Origin: Nemertoderma westbladi
Taxonomy: Eukaryota > Animalia > Xenacoelomorpha
Length of the DNA stretch: 64,000 nt
Reading direction: 5' to 3'
NCBI GenBank assembly: GCA_032718475.1
Contig: JAUCBJ010002639.1
Span: 1-64,000, forward strand
The notes under the pieces are model-generated. The model was not told where the DNA came from. It saw nothing but the letters and a program-made list of their open reading frames with translations, and made no database searches. Made by a program: the position numbers and the translations under genes. Below, one piece after another: positions 46,076 to 58,798 of the stretch (positions within the stretch are counted from its first letter, which is position 1; each line of letters opens with the position of its first letter).

Positions 46076-46519
46076 TCAAGAATCAATGATATTATCAACA
46101 TATTCAACATTATCTGTTGATTCTTCAGGTTCGACAAAGGATTCTTTTGAAATCATTACAATAAAGAAAGACATAATTTCGTAGGGTCTATGCCGATTTA
46201 GCCGTATTTCAAACTTTTCACCAGCTTCGTTGTATTGTGTAATAACAATTAACCCCTCTATCATGGATAATAGTAAGATGTTGTTTAATTTTCCCTCATG
46301 CTCAACTTTCAGGTTGTAATCTAAGAGATGAATACTATTATCAGAAGCATCAATATCAATTGAGCTTAAAACTTTCCTGGCTTTTTCAGAAAACTCAATT
46401 TTATATTTATCATCTCCCTGACGGTAAATTGTATAATCAATAACAATATAGGCTTGACCATCTTCTGCAAAAAATGAATGCCTTACTATTGGCATAACCA
46501 TATCGGAATCAGAAGACAT
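46076..46519 (-). CDS. Polinton hypothetical acidic protein (147 aa)
   Basis: Open ORF downstream of CCAAT (about 46685) and TATA (about 46618) boxes. Confidence 0.6.
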   Translation of the reverse strand: MSSDSDMVMPIVRHSFFAEDGQAYIVIDYTIYRQGDDKYKIEFSEKARKVLSSIDIDASDNSIHLLDYNLKVEHEGKLNNILLLSMIEGLIVITQYNEAGEKFEIRLNRHRPYEIMSFFIVMISKESFVEPEESTDNVEYVDNIIDS

Positions 46520-46751
46520 TATTTAATTTATTTTATTGTAAATCAAACAAACAAAGTAAAAACTTTTAAACTAAAATCATTACAAATGATTAATTGTGAT
46601 TAAAGCAAGAGATTATATATATAAGATATTTTCAAAAATAATACAGGTCTTAAACTGAGAAATAGCCTAAATTCGGTTTATTGATTGGTTGATTAGCCGG
46701 GAGGGAAAATGCAGTTTAATTAAAAATTATTGCGTAATAATAATAATCACT

Positions 46752-46800
46752 AATGTGTGTATACGCGTAGCTGGAACGTGGCGGAATTTCATGCACATGT
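46752..46800 (-). repeat. Remnant of the right Polinton TIR
   Basis: Reverse complement of about 29433..29481. Confidence 0.9.
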
Positions 46801-49800
46801 GGGGCGAGCCACGAAGTGAGTGAGCCTTAGTGTAGTGGTACCATTAATCAACCTGTCGTTCTGTCGTTCTGTCGTTCTGTCGTTCTGTCGCGTCCAATTT
46901 TAAACGTTAATAACTCGGCCAATCTTTGATGAAATCTATCCAAACTTGGTACACATGTTGTTTGGCAAAAGTTTAGAAATTTTCCAAGTAGAATTTCCGT
47001 GTGGCCTTCGAGAAGCTAAGATAATAGCAGTTAATTAGTTAATTAAGTTGATTACGGTAAAAACACCATTTTCAACCTGCCTTTTAAAGGAAATTAATTG
47101 TTTTACAGTGTAAGATTTAAATAATTATAATTAAAAATTATACAGATGTAATCCACATACGCCATTCTATTATAGTTTTTAATTAGTTCAAGTGATTTGC
47201 TTTAATAATTGTGTCTTTAATTGATCTAAAGTAATTAAAACGGCAAAAAAAATTGATTCTCATTAAATACTGCTCATTTATTGGTTAACATCCAAGTTGG
47301 CTCGGTGCTGGTACATAGGATAGGAAGGATGTTTGGTGTGTGTAGAACAGCCAGTGCTCTTCAATGGGAATGCGAATGTAAGTAACCACATGTGTACAGG
47401 CCGGTAGACAGATTGGCCATAGCTAGCTAACGAGATGGAAATCTGAATTCCCTACTATTCAGTCTATTATTGTGTTATTGTGTGTTAGACAGATCTCATT
47501 TAATAAATGTCAGTCAATAACATTTTACCACTGCAGAAGGCTTATTTATATCCATACTTGTTTTTTCCTCATAAATATTGGGCTTATTATTTTTTGATGG
47601 GATTTCTTTGTAGTTGAATTGTCTAAGTTTTTACACTGAGGCATTAACAGAGGGTACTGGTATTAAATTAATTATTTGAATATCATTACTGCATCGACTG
47701 CATTTAGTACTGCGTTCTGCATTGATTATATTCCTATAAACCATTACTGGTTTCGCATATTGCACGTATCCATAGTTATAAAGATTGCCAGTCTGCATTT
47801 AGGAAATATATTTAAATACAAAACAGGACGAGCGCAACGACGCTTATAATAATTAAGACGAGTACGGCGTTGATTATATTCCTATACACCACCTGGCTTT
47901 GCATATTGAACGTGCGATTGGAAATAAGTTCGTTCTACCCTTCCGTGGGTGGTAGATGTCGCGGTTATGTATTGGTGGTTGGGAAGGGTGGGGGGGGGGG
48001 GGGGTGGAGAGATTAAAAGGGGTGAACACATACTGTCCCCCTTTCTTGGATTGATTGGTGGTGTGGGTAAATTTCTCAAAACCTGATTTTGTGATACAGT
48101 CACTCAATTTTAATTTGTATCTCATAACTGGGCCTCGTGCTGCGCGAAGGCCCCACGAACGTGTCGTTCTGTCGTTCTGTGGGGCAAGCCACGAAGTGAG
48201 TGAGCCTTAGCGTAGTGGTACCATTAATCAACCTGTCGTTCTGTCGTTCTGTCGTTCTGTCGCATCCAATTTTAAACGTTAATAACTCAGCCAATCTTTG
48301 ATGAAATCTATCCAAACTTGGTACACATGTTGTTTGGCAAAAGTTTAGAAATTTTCCAAGTAGAATTTCCGTGTGGCCTTCGAGAAGCTAAGATAATAGC
48401 AATTAATTAGTTAATTAAGTTGATTACGGTAAAAACACCATTTTCAACCTGCCTGTTAAAGGAAATTAATTGTTTTACAGTATAAAATTTAAATAATTAT
48501 ACTTAAAAATTATACAGATGTAATCCACATACGCCATTCTATTATAGTTTTTAATTAGTTCAAGTGATTTGCTTTATTAATTGTGTCTTTAATTGATCTA
48601 AAGTAATTAAAACGTCATAAAAAATTGATTCTCATTAAATACTGCTCATTTATTGGCTAACATGCTGGTACGATGGAAGGATGTGTGTGTAAGGCAGCTA
48701 GCTAGTTGCTGGGAATGATTATTGGTCAAGTCTCTGCTGGTGTGGAGCTAGCTGGGAGTTGTGGCTGTAGACTAACCAGAGAGAAATTGTAATAGGCAAC
48801 CAGTATTGCTATTCCAGCCCAGGCAGCATTCCAACATCCCAACATCCTTCCTGTATTGACTCTTCTAGTGTTGTATTGCTATCTCAGGTAAATGACAGAT
48901 ATAATAACATAAATACCATCCATGGCATGGCTGTTGTGTAGGCTTATCTGAAATAGTTTATTCCACAATGTATATGTCTGGTTATTTTTTAATTGAATTT
49001 TTGCAAAGTAGTAAAATTAATGTTCTTAAAAATAATATTATTATTTTATATGTAACCTAGGAAATTAGCTACATTTTTTCGCTGCAGCTTTAAGAGTGTA
49101 CATTGATTTAATATTATTTCAATACCCATATTACTACATCGGCATAAGATGCGTTGGCGTTGTATCACACATCTCCACATATCACACATCTCCACATAGA
49201 TGTATCGCACAGTTTCGAAACTTCGCATAGTTATAACTGTATAAAGATCGTCAGTCTGCGTTTAGGAAAAATATTTTATGACAAAACAGGACAAGCGACG
49301 AGCGCAACGAGGCATATAATGAAGACGAGTACCTCGTTGACTAAATTATTATATAAACCACCTGGCTTCACATATTGATCGCATCCCTAATTATTATTAT
49401 TATAAATATCGTCAGCCTGCGTTTAAGAAATATATTTAAATACAAAACAGGACGAACGCAAAGAGGCTTATAATGAAAACGAGTACTGCGTTTATTATAT
49501 TCCTATAAACCACCTGGCTTTGCATATTTAACGTGCGATTGGAAATAAGTTCGTGCTACCCTTCCGTGGGTGGTAGATGTCCCGGTTATGTATTGGTGGT
49601 TGGGAAGGTTGGGGGGGGGGGGGGGGATTAAAAGGGGTGAACACGTACTGTCCCCCTTTCTTTGATTGATTGGTGGTGTGGGTAAATTTCTCAAAACCTG
49701 ATTTTGTGATACAGTCGCTCAATTTTAATTTGTATCTAATAACTGGGCCTCGTGCTGCGCGAAGGCCCCACGAACGTGTCGTTCTGTCGCGTCCAATTTT

Positions 49801-51837
49801 AAACGTTAACAACTCAGCCAATCTTTGATGAAATCTATCCAAACTTGGTACACATGTTGTTTGGCAAAAGTTTAGAAATTTTCCAAGTAGAATTTCCGTG
49901 TGGCCTTCGAGAAGCTAAGATAATAGCAGTTAATTAGTTAATTAAGTTGATTACGGTAAAAACACCATTTTCAACCTGCCTTTTAAAGGAAATTAATTGT
50001 TTTACAGTATAAGATTTAAATAATTATACTTAAAAATTATACAGATGTAATCCACATACGCCATTCTATTATAGTTTTTAATTAGTTCAAGTGATTTGCT
50101 TTATTAATTGTGTCTTTAATTGATCTAAAGTAATTAAAACGTCATAAAAAATTGATTCTCATTAAATACTGCTCATTTATTGGCTAACATGCTGGTACGA
50201 TGGAAGGATGTGTGTGTAAGGCAGCTATTTGCTGGGAATGATTATTGGTCAAGTCTCTGCTGGTGTGGAGCTAGCTGGCTTGGAGTTGTGGCTGTAGACT
50301 AACCAGAGAGGAATTGTACTGTAATAGGCAACCAGTATTGCTATTCCAGCCCAGACATCATTCTTGAAATCCAACATCCCAACATCCTTCCTGTATTGAC
50401 TCTACTATAAGTGTTGTATTGCTATCTCAGGTAAATGACAGATATAATAACATAAATACAATCCATGGCATGGCTGTTGTGTAGGCTTCTGAAATAGTTT
50501 ATTCCACAATGTATATGTCTGGTTATTTTTTAATTGAATTTTTGCAAAGTAGTAAAATTAATGTTCTTAAAAATAATATTATTATTTTATATGTAACCTA
50601 GGAAATTAGCTACATTTTTTCGCTGCAGCTTTAAGAGTGTACATTGATTTAATATTATTTCAATACCCATATTACTACATCGGCATAAGATGCGTTGGCG
50701 TTGTATCACACATCTCCACATATCACACATCTCCACATAGATGTATCAACAGTTACTCGCACAGTTTCGAAACTTCGCATAGTTATAACTGTATAAAGAT
50801 CGTCAGTCTGCGTTTAGGAAAAATATTTTATGACAAAACAGGACAAGCGACGAGCGCAACGAGGCATATAATGAAGACGAGTACTGCGTTGACTAAATTG
50901 TTATATAAACCACCTGGCTTCACATATTGATCGCATCCCTAGTTATTATTATTATAAAGATCGTCCTAGCCTGCGTTTAAGAAATATATTTAAATACAAA
51001 ACAGGACGAACGCAAAGAGGCTTATAATGAAAACGAGTACTGCGTTTATTATATTCCTATAAACCACCTGGCTTTGCATATTTAACGTGCGATTGGAAAT
51101 AAGTTCGTGCTACCCTTCCGTGGGTGGTAGATGTCGCGGTTATGTATTGGTGGGTGGGGGGAGGGGGGGGGGGGGGGTGTGCAGATTAAAAGGGGTGAAC
51201 ACGTACTGTCCCCCTTTCTTTGATTAATTGGTGGTGTGGGTTAATATCTCATAACCTGATTTTGTGATACAGTCGCACAATTTTAATTTGTATCTCATAA
51301 CTGGGCCTCGTGCTGCGCGAAGGCCCCACGAACGTGTACCAGCATGTTGGCCAATAAATGAGCAGTATTTAATGAGAATCAATTTTTTACGCCGTTTTAA
51401 TTACTTTAGATCAATTAAAGACACAATTATTAAAGCAAATCACTTGAACTAATTAAAAACTATAATAGAATGGCGTATGTGGATTACATCTGTATAATTT
51501 TTAAGTATAATTATTTAAATCTTATACTGTAAAACAATTAATTTCCTTTAAAAGGCAGGTTGAAAATGGTGTTTTTACAGTAATCAACTTAATTAACTAA
51601 TTAACTGCTATTATCTTAGCTTCTCGAAGGCCACACGGAAATTCTACTTGGAAAATTTCTAACCTTTTGCCAAACAACATGTGTACCAAGTTTGGATAGA
51701 TTTCATCAAAGATTGGCCGAGTTATTAACGTTTAAAATTGAACGCGACAGAACGACAGAACGACAGAACGACAGAACGACAGGTTGATTAATGGTACCAC
51801 TACGCTAAGGCTCACTCACTTCGTGGCTCGCCCCACA
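46798..51837. mobile_element. Array of non-autonomous Helentron/DINE-1-like elements: three tandem units (46798, 48178, about 49777) plus an inverted 5' half (51336..51837)
   Basis: 5' TGTGGGGC, (TGTCGTTC)n microsatellite, ccaaacttggtacacatg core, 3' hairpin GGGCCTCG..CGAAGGCCC. The repeat structure is certain; the family assignment is inferred. Confidence 0.7.
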
Positions 51838-52241
51838 AGATAGTTTATTTTGACTGTTTGAGGTGAAGCAAAATAAGCTAAATAAATTACATTCTGCTCT
51901 ACCTCAATATCTAATATCTTATGTCAGTCCTATTATTTATTATCATCCTTCAGTCATTCACGCTTCAGTCCATTATTACTTAATATTGACAATATAATTA
52001 ATTAATGTTTATACTTTAATAGTCGCCAGTGAAGTATAGTTTGGTGGAGGGAGCGTGGAGGCATAGAGGCAGAAATATATTAGATATTATCTAATGAGAT
52101 GATGTTTTAGAAACAAGACCCCAACTCAGACCCATTTGTAATGCTTTATTATTTAATGTAGGGAAATCAGCAGCTATCAGGGTTATCTTCTATTTACTGA
52201 TCTACAGACAGACAGATCCAGAGATCTAATTGTATTCGATC

Positions 52242-52956
52242 CAAGGACTACTACACTACAGGACTGGCATACTGCCTGATTTAATTTTCCGGTTTATGTT
52301 TAATATTCAGGATTGTTACTTAATCCATTTATTAAGTAACAATCCCGAATATTAAACATAAACCAATTTATTATTAATCTGAAGAGCCCGAATCGGGGCC
52401 ATTGATGTGTTTTCACGTACTAGCAATATAAAGTAAGAACCTAATAATAATAGCCCTATAAAGTAATAATATCAGAAAGGGAGTTGGGGGAGTGTGGGGG
52501 TTCCCTGGAACCTGGCTTGAGAACTTTTAGGATAGTAAATGACCAGAGATAAAGAATATAAAGAGAGGTCCATGTATGTATATTGTATAGAAATACCGCT
52601 AGTCAGCGAGTTGAATCCGTCATCCGTGTCACAACATTCCCCTGTGGATAGGGAAACTGTTCACATCGTTTTTATGTCGCACAATGTAATAAACACGGTC
52701 GTTCAAGACTATAATGAATAGTTAGTACACAACACTCGTCCCCTTTTGTTACAATAAAGCCTCGCTGCGCTCGTCCATTATTTCTTGACACCAAAATATA
52801 TTATGTTATTAATAATTACGATTGTGTACTAAATTTCATGAAAATCCTTTGATAACAATGTCTATAACAATATAGAGCAATTCCAAACTAATGAACTTTG
52901 CTAGCGAAGTCGGATGAAGGGGTGTGCCAGTCCTGTAGTATAGTAAGTAGTCCTTG
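52242..52956. mobile_element. Putative non-autonomous element with ~30-bp inverted ends
   Basis: caaggactactacactacaggactggcatac versus gtgtgccagtcctgtagtatagtaagtagtccttg. Confidence 0.55.
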
Positions 52957-53773
52957 CAGCCTTGATTCGATCATAATCAATTGTATCATACAGTATACTG
53001 GTATATGCCTACATATCATAATGCAGTACTGTCATAGGCCTAGACTGTAATGTAATATATACTGCATACTGGTACAGGGACAGGCAGACAGGCCAGGTTG
53101 GAATTCATGCATGAGCGCGCAGGTACGCTTTGTTGTTTTGAAATCACCGCGCACCTGAAATTGGCTCGTCGCGCACCTCATCATATGTCATAATCCAAAC
53201 AAAATCGCGCAGCTCATGTCATGCATATCTCAAAAAATCGCACAGTTCATAAGAACAATTTTACATTCCTATTTTACAAGTTTGAGCGTTTTAAGCTTAT
53301 CTTTACAGTACGTCTGTCTGTCTGTACGTTGAATCTAGGCTTACATAATAAATGTAATTTTTGCAACATCAAAATTGTTAATATTAAAAAATATTTTTTT
53401 AATCCACTACTACAGTACTATGGTGGCCCATCGGGCTCACTGCTTTTATAACAGAAAATATTATTTTAGATTACAAACAAAACATGTACCGGTAATTTCA
53501 AAAAAACGAATATTGAAATAATTAATATTGGTAATCAATACACCGTTAATGCCAATCTAATTAACGGCCGACTTATTCTCGGGTTGGTTGTATTAATATT
53601 AGCATGTTTGTGGATTTGTTTATTTTTTGTAATTATTTTCAAATTTTATCAAAATTATCGTTTTAACCGGTATTTTTATGTTGTATATTTTTATTTATAA
53701 AGTACGGCTCTACCTCGAGTGGGAATAATAAATGTTTCTTCATTATTAATTCGACGAACTATATTCTCTGAGT

Positions 53774-54501
53774 ATGCCGAAAGCTAGCCAACCTTGGTCA
53801 CCATGGTTACCAATAGACCACACGTGGTATTACCATAGAAACGAGGCGCCACCATTATTGGCAATCCGAGAGAACACGACTGCAGCGCAGGGGAAATGAT
53901 GAAAGATATATACCGACACTCTGGCAACAATAATGTTCTATAACTTTCGCAAAGATATGACATTTCTACCTACAGAATACCGCCGGATTTCCTAAACAAA
54001 TCGAGGCGAAAATATAAAACTGGAAACCCTTTTTCTTTCCACGACAACCGACACCAGACGCGCGACTACGGGGTTTATTTCGACGAGAAGTTTGGGAAGT
54101 TTAAATCCTACGGAGATATGCGGCAGCATCTGTCTGCGAACCACATCGAGTGGGTGAGTGACACAGCTGGGCGAGGTACCCGGCCCTACACGTCGGTTTA
54201 CCGGAGGAGTTTCAACCGAGTCTCGTCTGTAACCCCGGATACTACCGCGGGGATATCGCTTGATATCCCTCCCGTATTCCGGGCCGCCACCTCGGAATCA
54301 TTCCGACCCCACTCCCGCTTCCCCCGTGTCTACCCGACCCCCGTAGTCAGGGCGACTGATCGCTCGGAATATATCCGGGTTGGTATGACAGCCCCTGATT
54401 CCGGTTCATTTAGGACTCCTCTTCGCTCCCTCGCTTTGGCACAGGAACCGTTCCAGAAACCCAATAACTGGCGATATTCAAACAGAGGCGTTAAAATATA
54501 A
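53774..54501 (+). pseudogene. TEX36: TEX36-like (HDNR family) intronless gene with a 5-bp duplication and a premature TAA
   Basis: MPKASQPWSP..DHTWYYH, then after a frameshift IPP..NPFSFHDNRH...GVYFD..G.....MRQHLS...W. Extra GCAGC near 53882; TAA at 53941. Confidence 0.7.
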
Positions 54502-55136
54502 TAGGATTTATTTGTATATTATTAGGTAATAAAGAATTTTAATTAACAATTAATTTGTTGAATTATATCAGCTGGTTTTGAAAAGTCCAAATTTTGCTCT
54601 CGGAACTGCTCCGTCGTTCTCAAAATGTTTCTATAAAATATATTAGGTAATATTAGGCAGACAACTGATACGGATGTTGAAATATTTAAGGCAACACTTA
54701 TGAGTTAAGGTGCACCTTAGCTAAGGTTGATTTATATGCAACCGGCCCCTCCTGGTCTAACCACAAGTTAAGTAAATAAAGTTAAGTTATTGCAACTATA
54801 ATTTATTAATATATTGTAAATATTAACCAAACATAAACCAATAACCCATAACCATCACACATATAAACTGGTAACATATAGCAGAATAGCCAAGGTTCAG
54901 TCTCTTCAAAAACTCATTGGGAATTCAAACTGCAAAATAAATAATAAAAACGTTAAGTAAATAATTTTATAGTAAAAAACGATTTTTATTCCGGAACTCA
55001 TTATTATTAATCAGGAACTTTTCACACAAATATCATATATTTTATTTTTATTTATTATTATATTAATATTATTTATAATCCTCAACGCAACTCTATTGTA
55101 ATTATTTAGTAACTTTATATAAAACTTACAGTTTTA

Positions 55137-57322
55137 CTAAATCCAAATCTTCATTTCAACTCGAGATGCCGGATTCCAATCAGTAAAATGACGCCAATGA
55201 GGTCCTTTCCATTCCCCCGCACCATATTCTCCGTTCAAGTTACTGTACGCGCAGCCCCTGTACCACCACGGCCCAGTACGTATTACGGCGCAGTTGCGGT
55301 CGTCCAACTCGTCATTATCGCGGTCCTTGGTAGAGAATGGATACCCGTTGGAATAATCCAATGCGTCACCAGCAGTACCATGGTAACCGGATACATCGAG
55401 GGTGTAATTAGTTGCAGCTGATCCGACAGAGAAGTTGTTGTATTCCGCGTATTTGTGTTCGTTGGTGTAATCCACCCACTCCCATCTATCATCACCATCA
55501 CCAGCTTCATGTCCCCTTCCAGTGAACCACAAATCGACCCTCAACTTCACCCCGCCTTTACTCAGCTTGTGGATCGCCTCCAACCCCAACCAAAAATTGG
55601 TATTCGGGTCGCCAAATCCTTCAACATATTCATCCCAGTTTTGATAGAAGTCAACAGATCCATCAACTCTTTGTTGAATCTTCACCCCATCTTTTTGCAT
55701 TATTAGCCCAGGAGCCATTATCTGATACAGTGTAATGGATGAAATCACTATATCTGTATCATGTAACCTGTAAACGAACTCTTCCAACTCTGTATTCTGT
55801 TCTTCCAGCTCTGTAACCTGTTAGGAAATATTTTTACAACTTTTATGAATTCAACTCAACTTTGTCACCACTTACAATATCTATGAAATCGCATGAAATT
55901 AAAATTAAAATAATAATTTAAAATAACTAATAAACTTACATTAATGGCTCCACATTGTCCATCATTTGCCTGTAATAATAAATAAATTATAAATAGCTCT
56001 GCCGTGCAATGTAAAAAGACCGTAAGTCGCATTTTTCCTAAATTCACTTTTTCTGGGTCTAAATAATGCGCTCTATCTAATGGTATAATCGAGAACACCG
56101 TATCTACTCTAGTTCTCGAGATATGCAATGTAGAAAGGCCGTAAGTCACAACATATGTATAGTGTTACAAAGGAAAAAGACCGTAAGTGCAATACTTACA
56201 AAAGACCGCAACTAATTGAATTTATGCCAAAAAAAACCGAACAAAAAAACAAGACTTACGGTGTTTTGTCATTGCATAGATAATAAGAAAACGCAAATAC
56301 GGTTTTATTGAAATATGTGTCTTGAAATATGTATTTACATATAGGTTGTACAATGCAAAAATACCGTAAGTACAAAAAATAACTCTGACGTCAAAATATT
56401 AATGGAAAGTAAAAAATAATCACGTAAAAAAATTTCCCACCCCCAATCGCGTAGGGTTATAAAAAATTAGTAATTTACGGACATTTTAAACCAACAATCT
56501 GAAAGTAAACACTAATTTGCGTTTTACTCGAAATGAGTTTTTGTCACTTGCGGTCTTTTCACATTACACGGCAGAGCTATTGATGAAATAATAATACATT
56601 TATATACTAAATAAATAATAATACTGTTAAGTTATTAAGTGTTATCATCGCTAATATTATTTTACATGCTACTCCAAAAAGTGGGCCTGCCAGAAACTTT
56701 TTAAAAATCCACCACATTACAATATTACAAGAAAACTGATAGCTGTGGTATAACTGATATGAACTGGATACAACTGGTTTACACTGAAGACAACTGGTGT
56801 GGTGATAGGGGACAGCAAAATGTGGACATGGGAATAATACGTGGCGTGGCCAGGGAAACAGACGTGGACATACGGATATCCAACGCGACATGGGGAGGCC
56901 TGTTGTGGAGAAGGGGACACCCAATGGTGGAGACTGGGGGAGGCCATAATAATAGCAAACCAGTCTGCAATACTCGACAAAAACCAAAATAAATGTGAAC
57001 TGAATAACTAACAGACAGTTTGTGAGGAACTGGCTGTTGGCTACAGTCATGTATGCGTTGTCACTCTCTATAGGATGCTAACCGTTTAAATACAATTTCT
57101 GTTTGTGGAATAATTCTGAGAAAATTTTTTTTTTGTATTTTGATGAATAAATCAATAAATCTAACATCCTTAATAAAGGGTTTCTTTATTCACGTGAGCA
57201 AATCATTAAATGAATAATTCAGATAACAACGCTAAATGAATACTTTATGCATTAAATAAACTTACCTGGAGTAGGAAAAGAGCTGACAGCAGAGAAAATA
57301 GTTTAAGACTTACGGGTAACAT
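55137..57322 (-). CDS. Secreted fibrinogen-related protein (FReD/ficolin-like); exons 57322..57266, 55969..55940, 55817..55137; about 255 aa
   Basis: Signal peptide MLPVSLKLFSLLSALFLLQ; phase-0 GTAAG..CAG introns; QRVDGSVDF.QNW.EY..GFG, FWLGLE, FSTKDRDND, WWY..C..SNLNG; TATAAA near 57412. Confidence 0.9.
55996..56577. mobile_element. MITE with ~33-bp TIRs flanked by TA, in the FReD intron
   Basis: TA|GCTCTGCCGTGCAATGTAAAAAGACCGTAAGT ... ACTTGCGGTCTTTTCACATTACACGGCAGAGC|TA; internal ACCGTAAGT repeats. Confidence 0.85.
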
Positions 57323-57584
57323 TTTTACAGTATTTGTAAATAACTTTGTAACTAAAGTTATGATAATTTTCTGATAGAGAATGGTTTTAAGGCCTAAAAC
57401 TCCTCCTATTTATACACTTTTGACAAAGGCAATTACTTATGCAATGAATGAAGTCTCATAAAGGCAATCAAAGGCGGCAAGTATTAAGACCTTTATAGAA
57501 CAATTATTAGTAACTAACCTTAGTATAGATACCACTGTGTGTTAGTTATCACTTTAAATTACATTCTTATGATTAACTGTCACA

Positions 57585-57985
57585 GAAAGACTGCTGCCGC
57601 CTGGCTACCAGTTGCAGTTACAGACAGACTGCGGGCGTCTGGATACCAGTTAAATGCAGACTGCTGGCACCTGGCTACCAGTTACAGGCTGACTGCTGGC
57701 GCCTGGCTACTAGTTACAGACAGAATCCTGGCACCTGGCTACCATGTTACAGGCAGACTGCTGGCGCCTGGCTACCAGATACAGACAGACTGCTGGCGCC
57801 TGCCCACCAGATACAGAAAGACTCCTGCCACCTGGCTACCAGTTACAGACAGACTGCGGGCGTCTGGAAACCAGTTACAGGCAGACTGCTAGCGCCTGGC
57901 AACCAGATACAGGCAACTGCTAACGCCTGGACCTGGAGACCAGTTACAGACAGACTGCGGGCGCCTGGCGACCACTTACATACAG
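57585..57985. repeat. Degenerate ~35-bp minisatellite
   Basis: Repeated cagactgctggcgcctggctaccagttaca. Confidence 0.85.
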
Positions 57986-58049
57986 GTACTGTACGTCGCA
58001 GCGCAGTGGTTACATCGCGTTTCGGCAACTATCACGTTCGGCAAGAGTA

Positions 58050-58400
58050 GTAATTCGGCAATAAAGATACGTTTCGGTAAAACAGAGCACATTACACCAG
58101 TGTTGCGTGATCTTCATTGGCTGCCTATTCTGCGCCGTATTGATAATAAATTTGCACTTTTGACATATACAGTAAGTGTGCCTTAATACAGTAATATGGG
58201 TCCGGCCTATCTTACTGATCTCTTGCATCCACACTCTCAACCACGCCCACTGCGCTCAAGTGACCAGGGTCTCCCCATCATCCCACGATTTAACCTAGAG
58301 AGCTACTGTAATCGATATTTTGCTGTAGCTGCGCCCAATATTTGGAATTCTCTTCCAATCGGAGTCCGCCTTACGCCCACTGTTGCGAGTTCTAAGTTTA
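58050..58400 (+). pseudogene. L2/CR1-clade LINE 3' fragment
   Basis: EHITPVLRDLHWLP..RI..K, GPAYL.DLL, R.LRSSD, R.FAVAAP.IWNSLP. Confidence 0.88.
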
Positions 58401-58798
58401 CATGTACTGTACAAAATTGAATATAATTATTGGGGTCACAATATTTCATGACCTCTCCTACTTTTTTATACTCTATCCAAATGTAACGGGGTCACAACTT
58501 TTACTTTAACACTTTTTTTTATTTGACTTTTATTATTTAGGCAACACCAAGGGCCGTTTGTGTCAAAATGACCCATTATAGTTTTACTCATAATAAACAA
58601 TTGTGCAAAGTCGAATTATGTAAACACGTCAATTTTCCAAGTCAGGGCGATGCTTAATCAACATTGAAAAGTCAATTCGTCTGTTTGTATGTCTGTTTGT
58701 ATGTCGGTGCGTGTGTGTGTATGTATAATATGGAAACATATGGAAATATTGTCCATGAACCATATTTTCTGTATGGAACGTCTTAATTAGACCCTACT

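Larger units (their letters stand above)
28879..46800. mobile_element. Polinton/Maverick (adintovirus-like endogenous virus), about 17.9 kb, right TIR truncated
   Basis: Left end AGTAGTAG. 29433..29474 is a 41/42 inverted match to 46759..46800. Carries pPolB, integrase, ATPase, protease, major and minor capsid genes. Confidence 0.96.

Noticed and set aside
47874-51452. Short ORFs repeated in the Helentron-like array
   Set aside because: No Rep/helicase or transposase motifs, and frames differ between copies.
56607-57050. Overlapping short ORFs in the FReD intron
   Set aside because: No recognisable domain in any frame.
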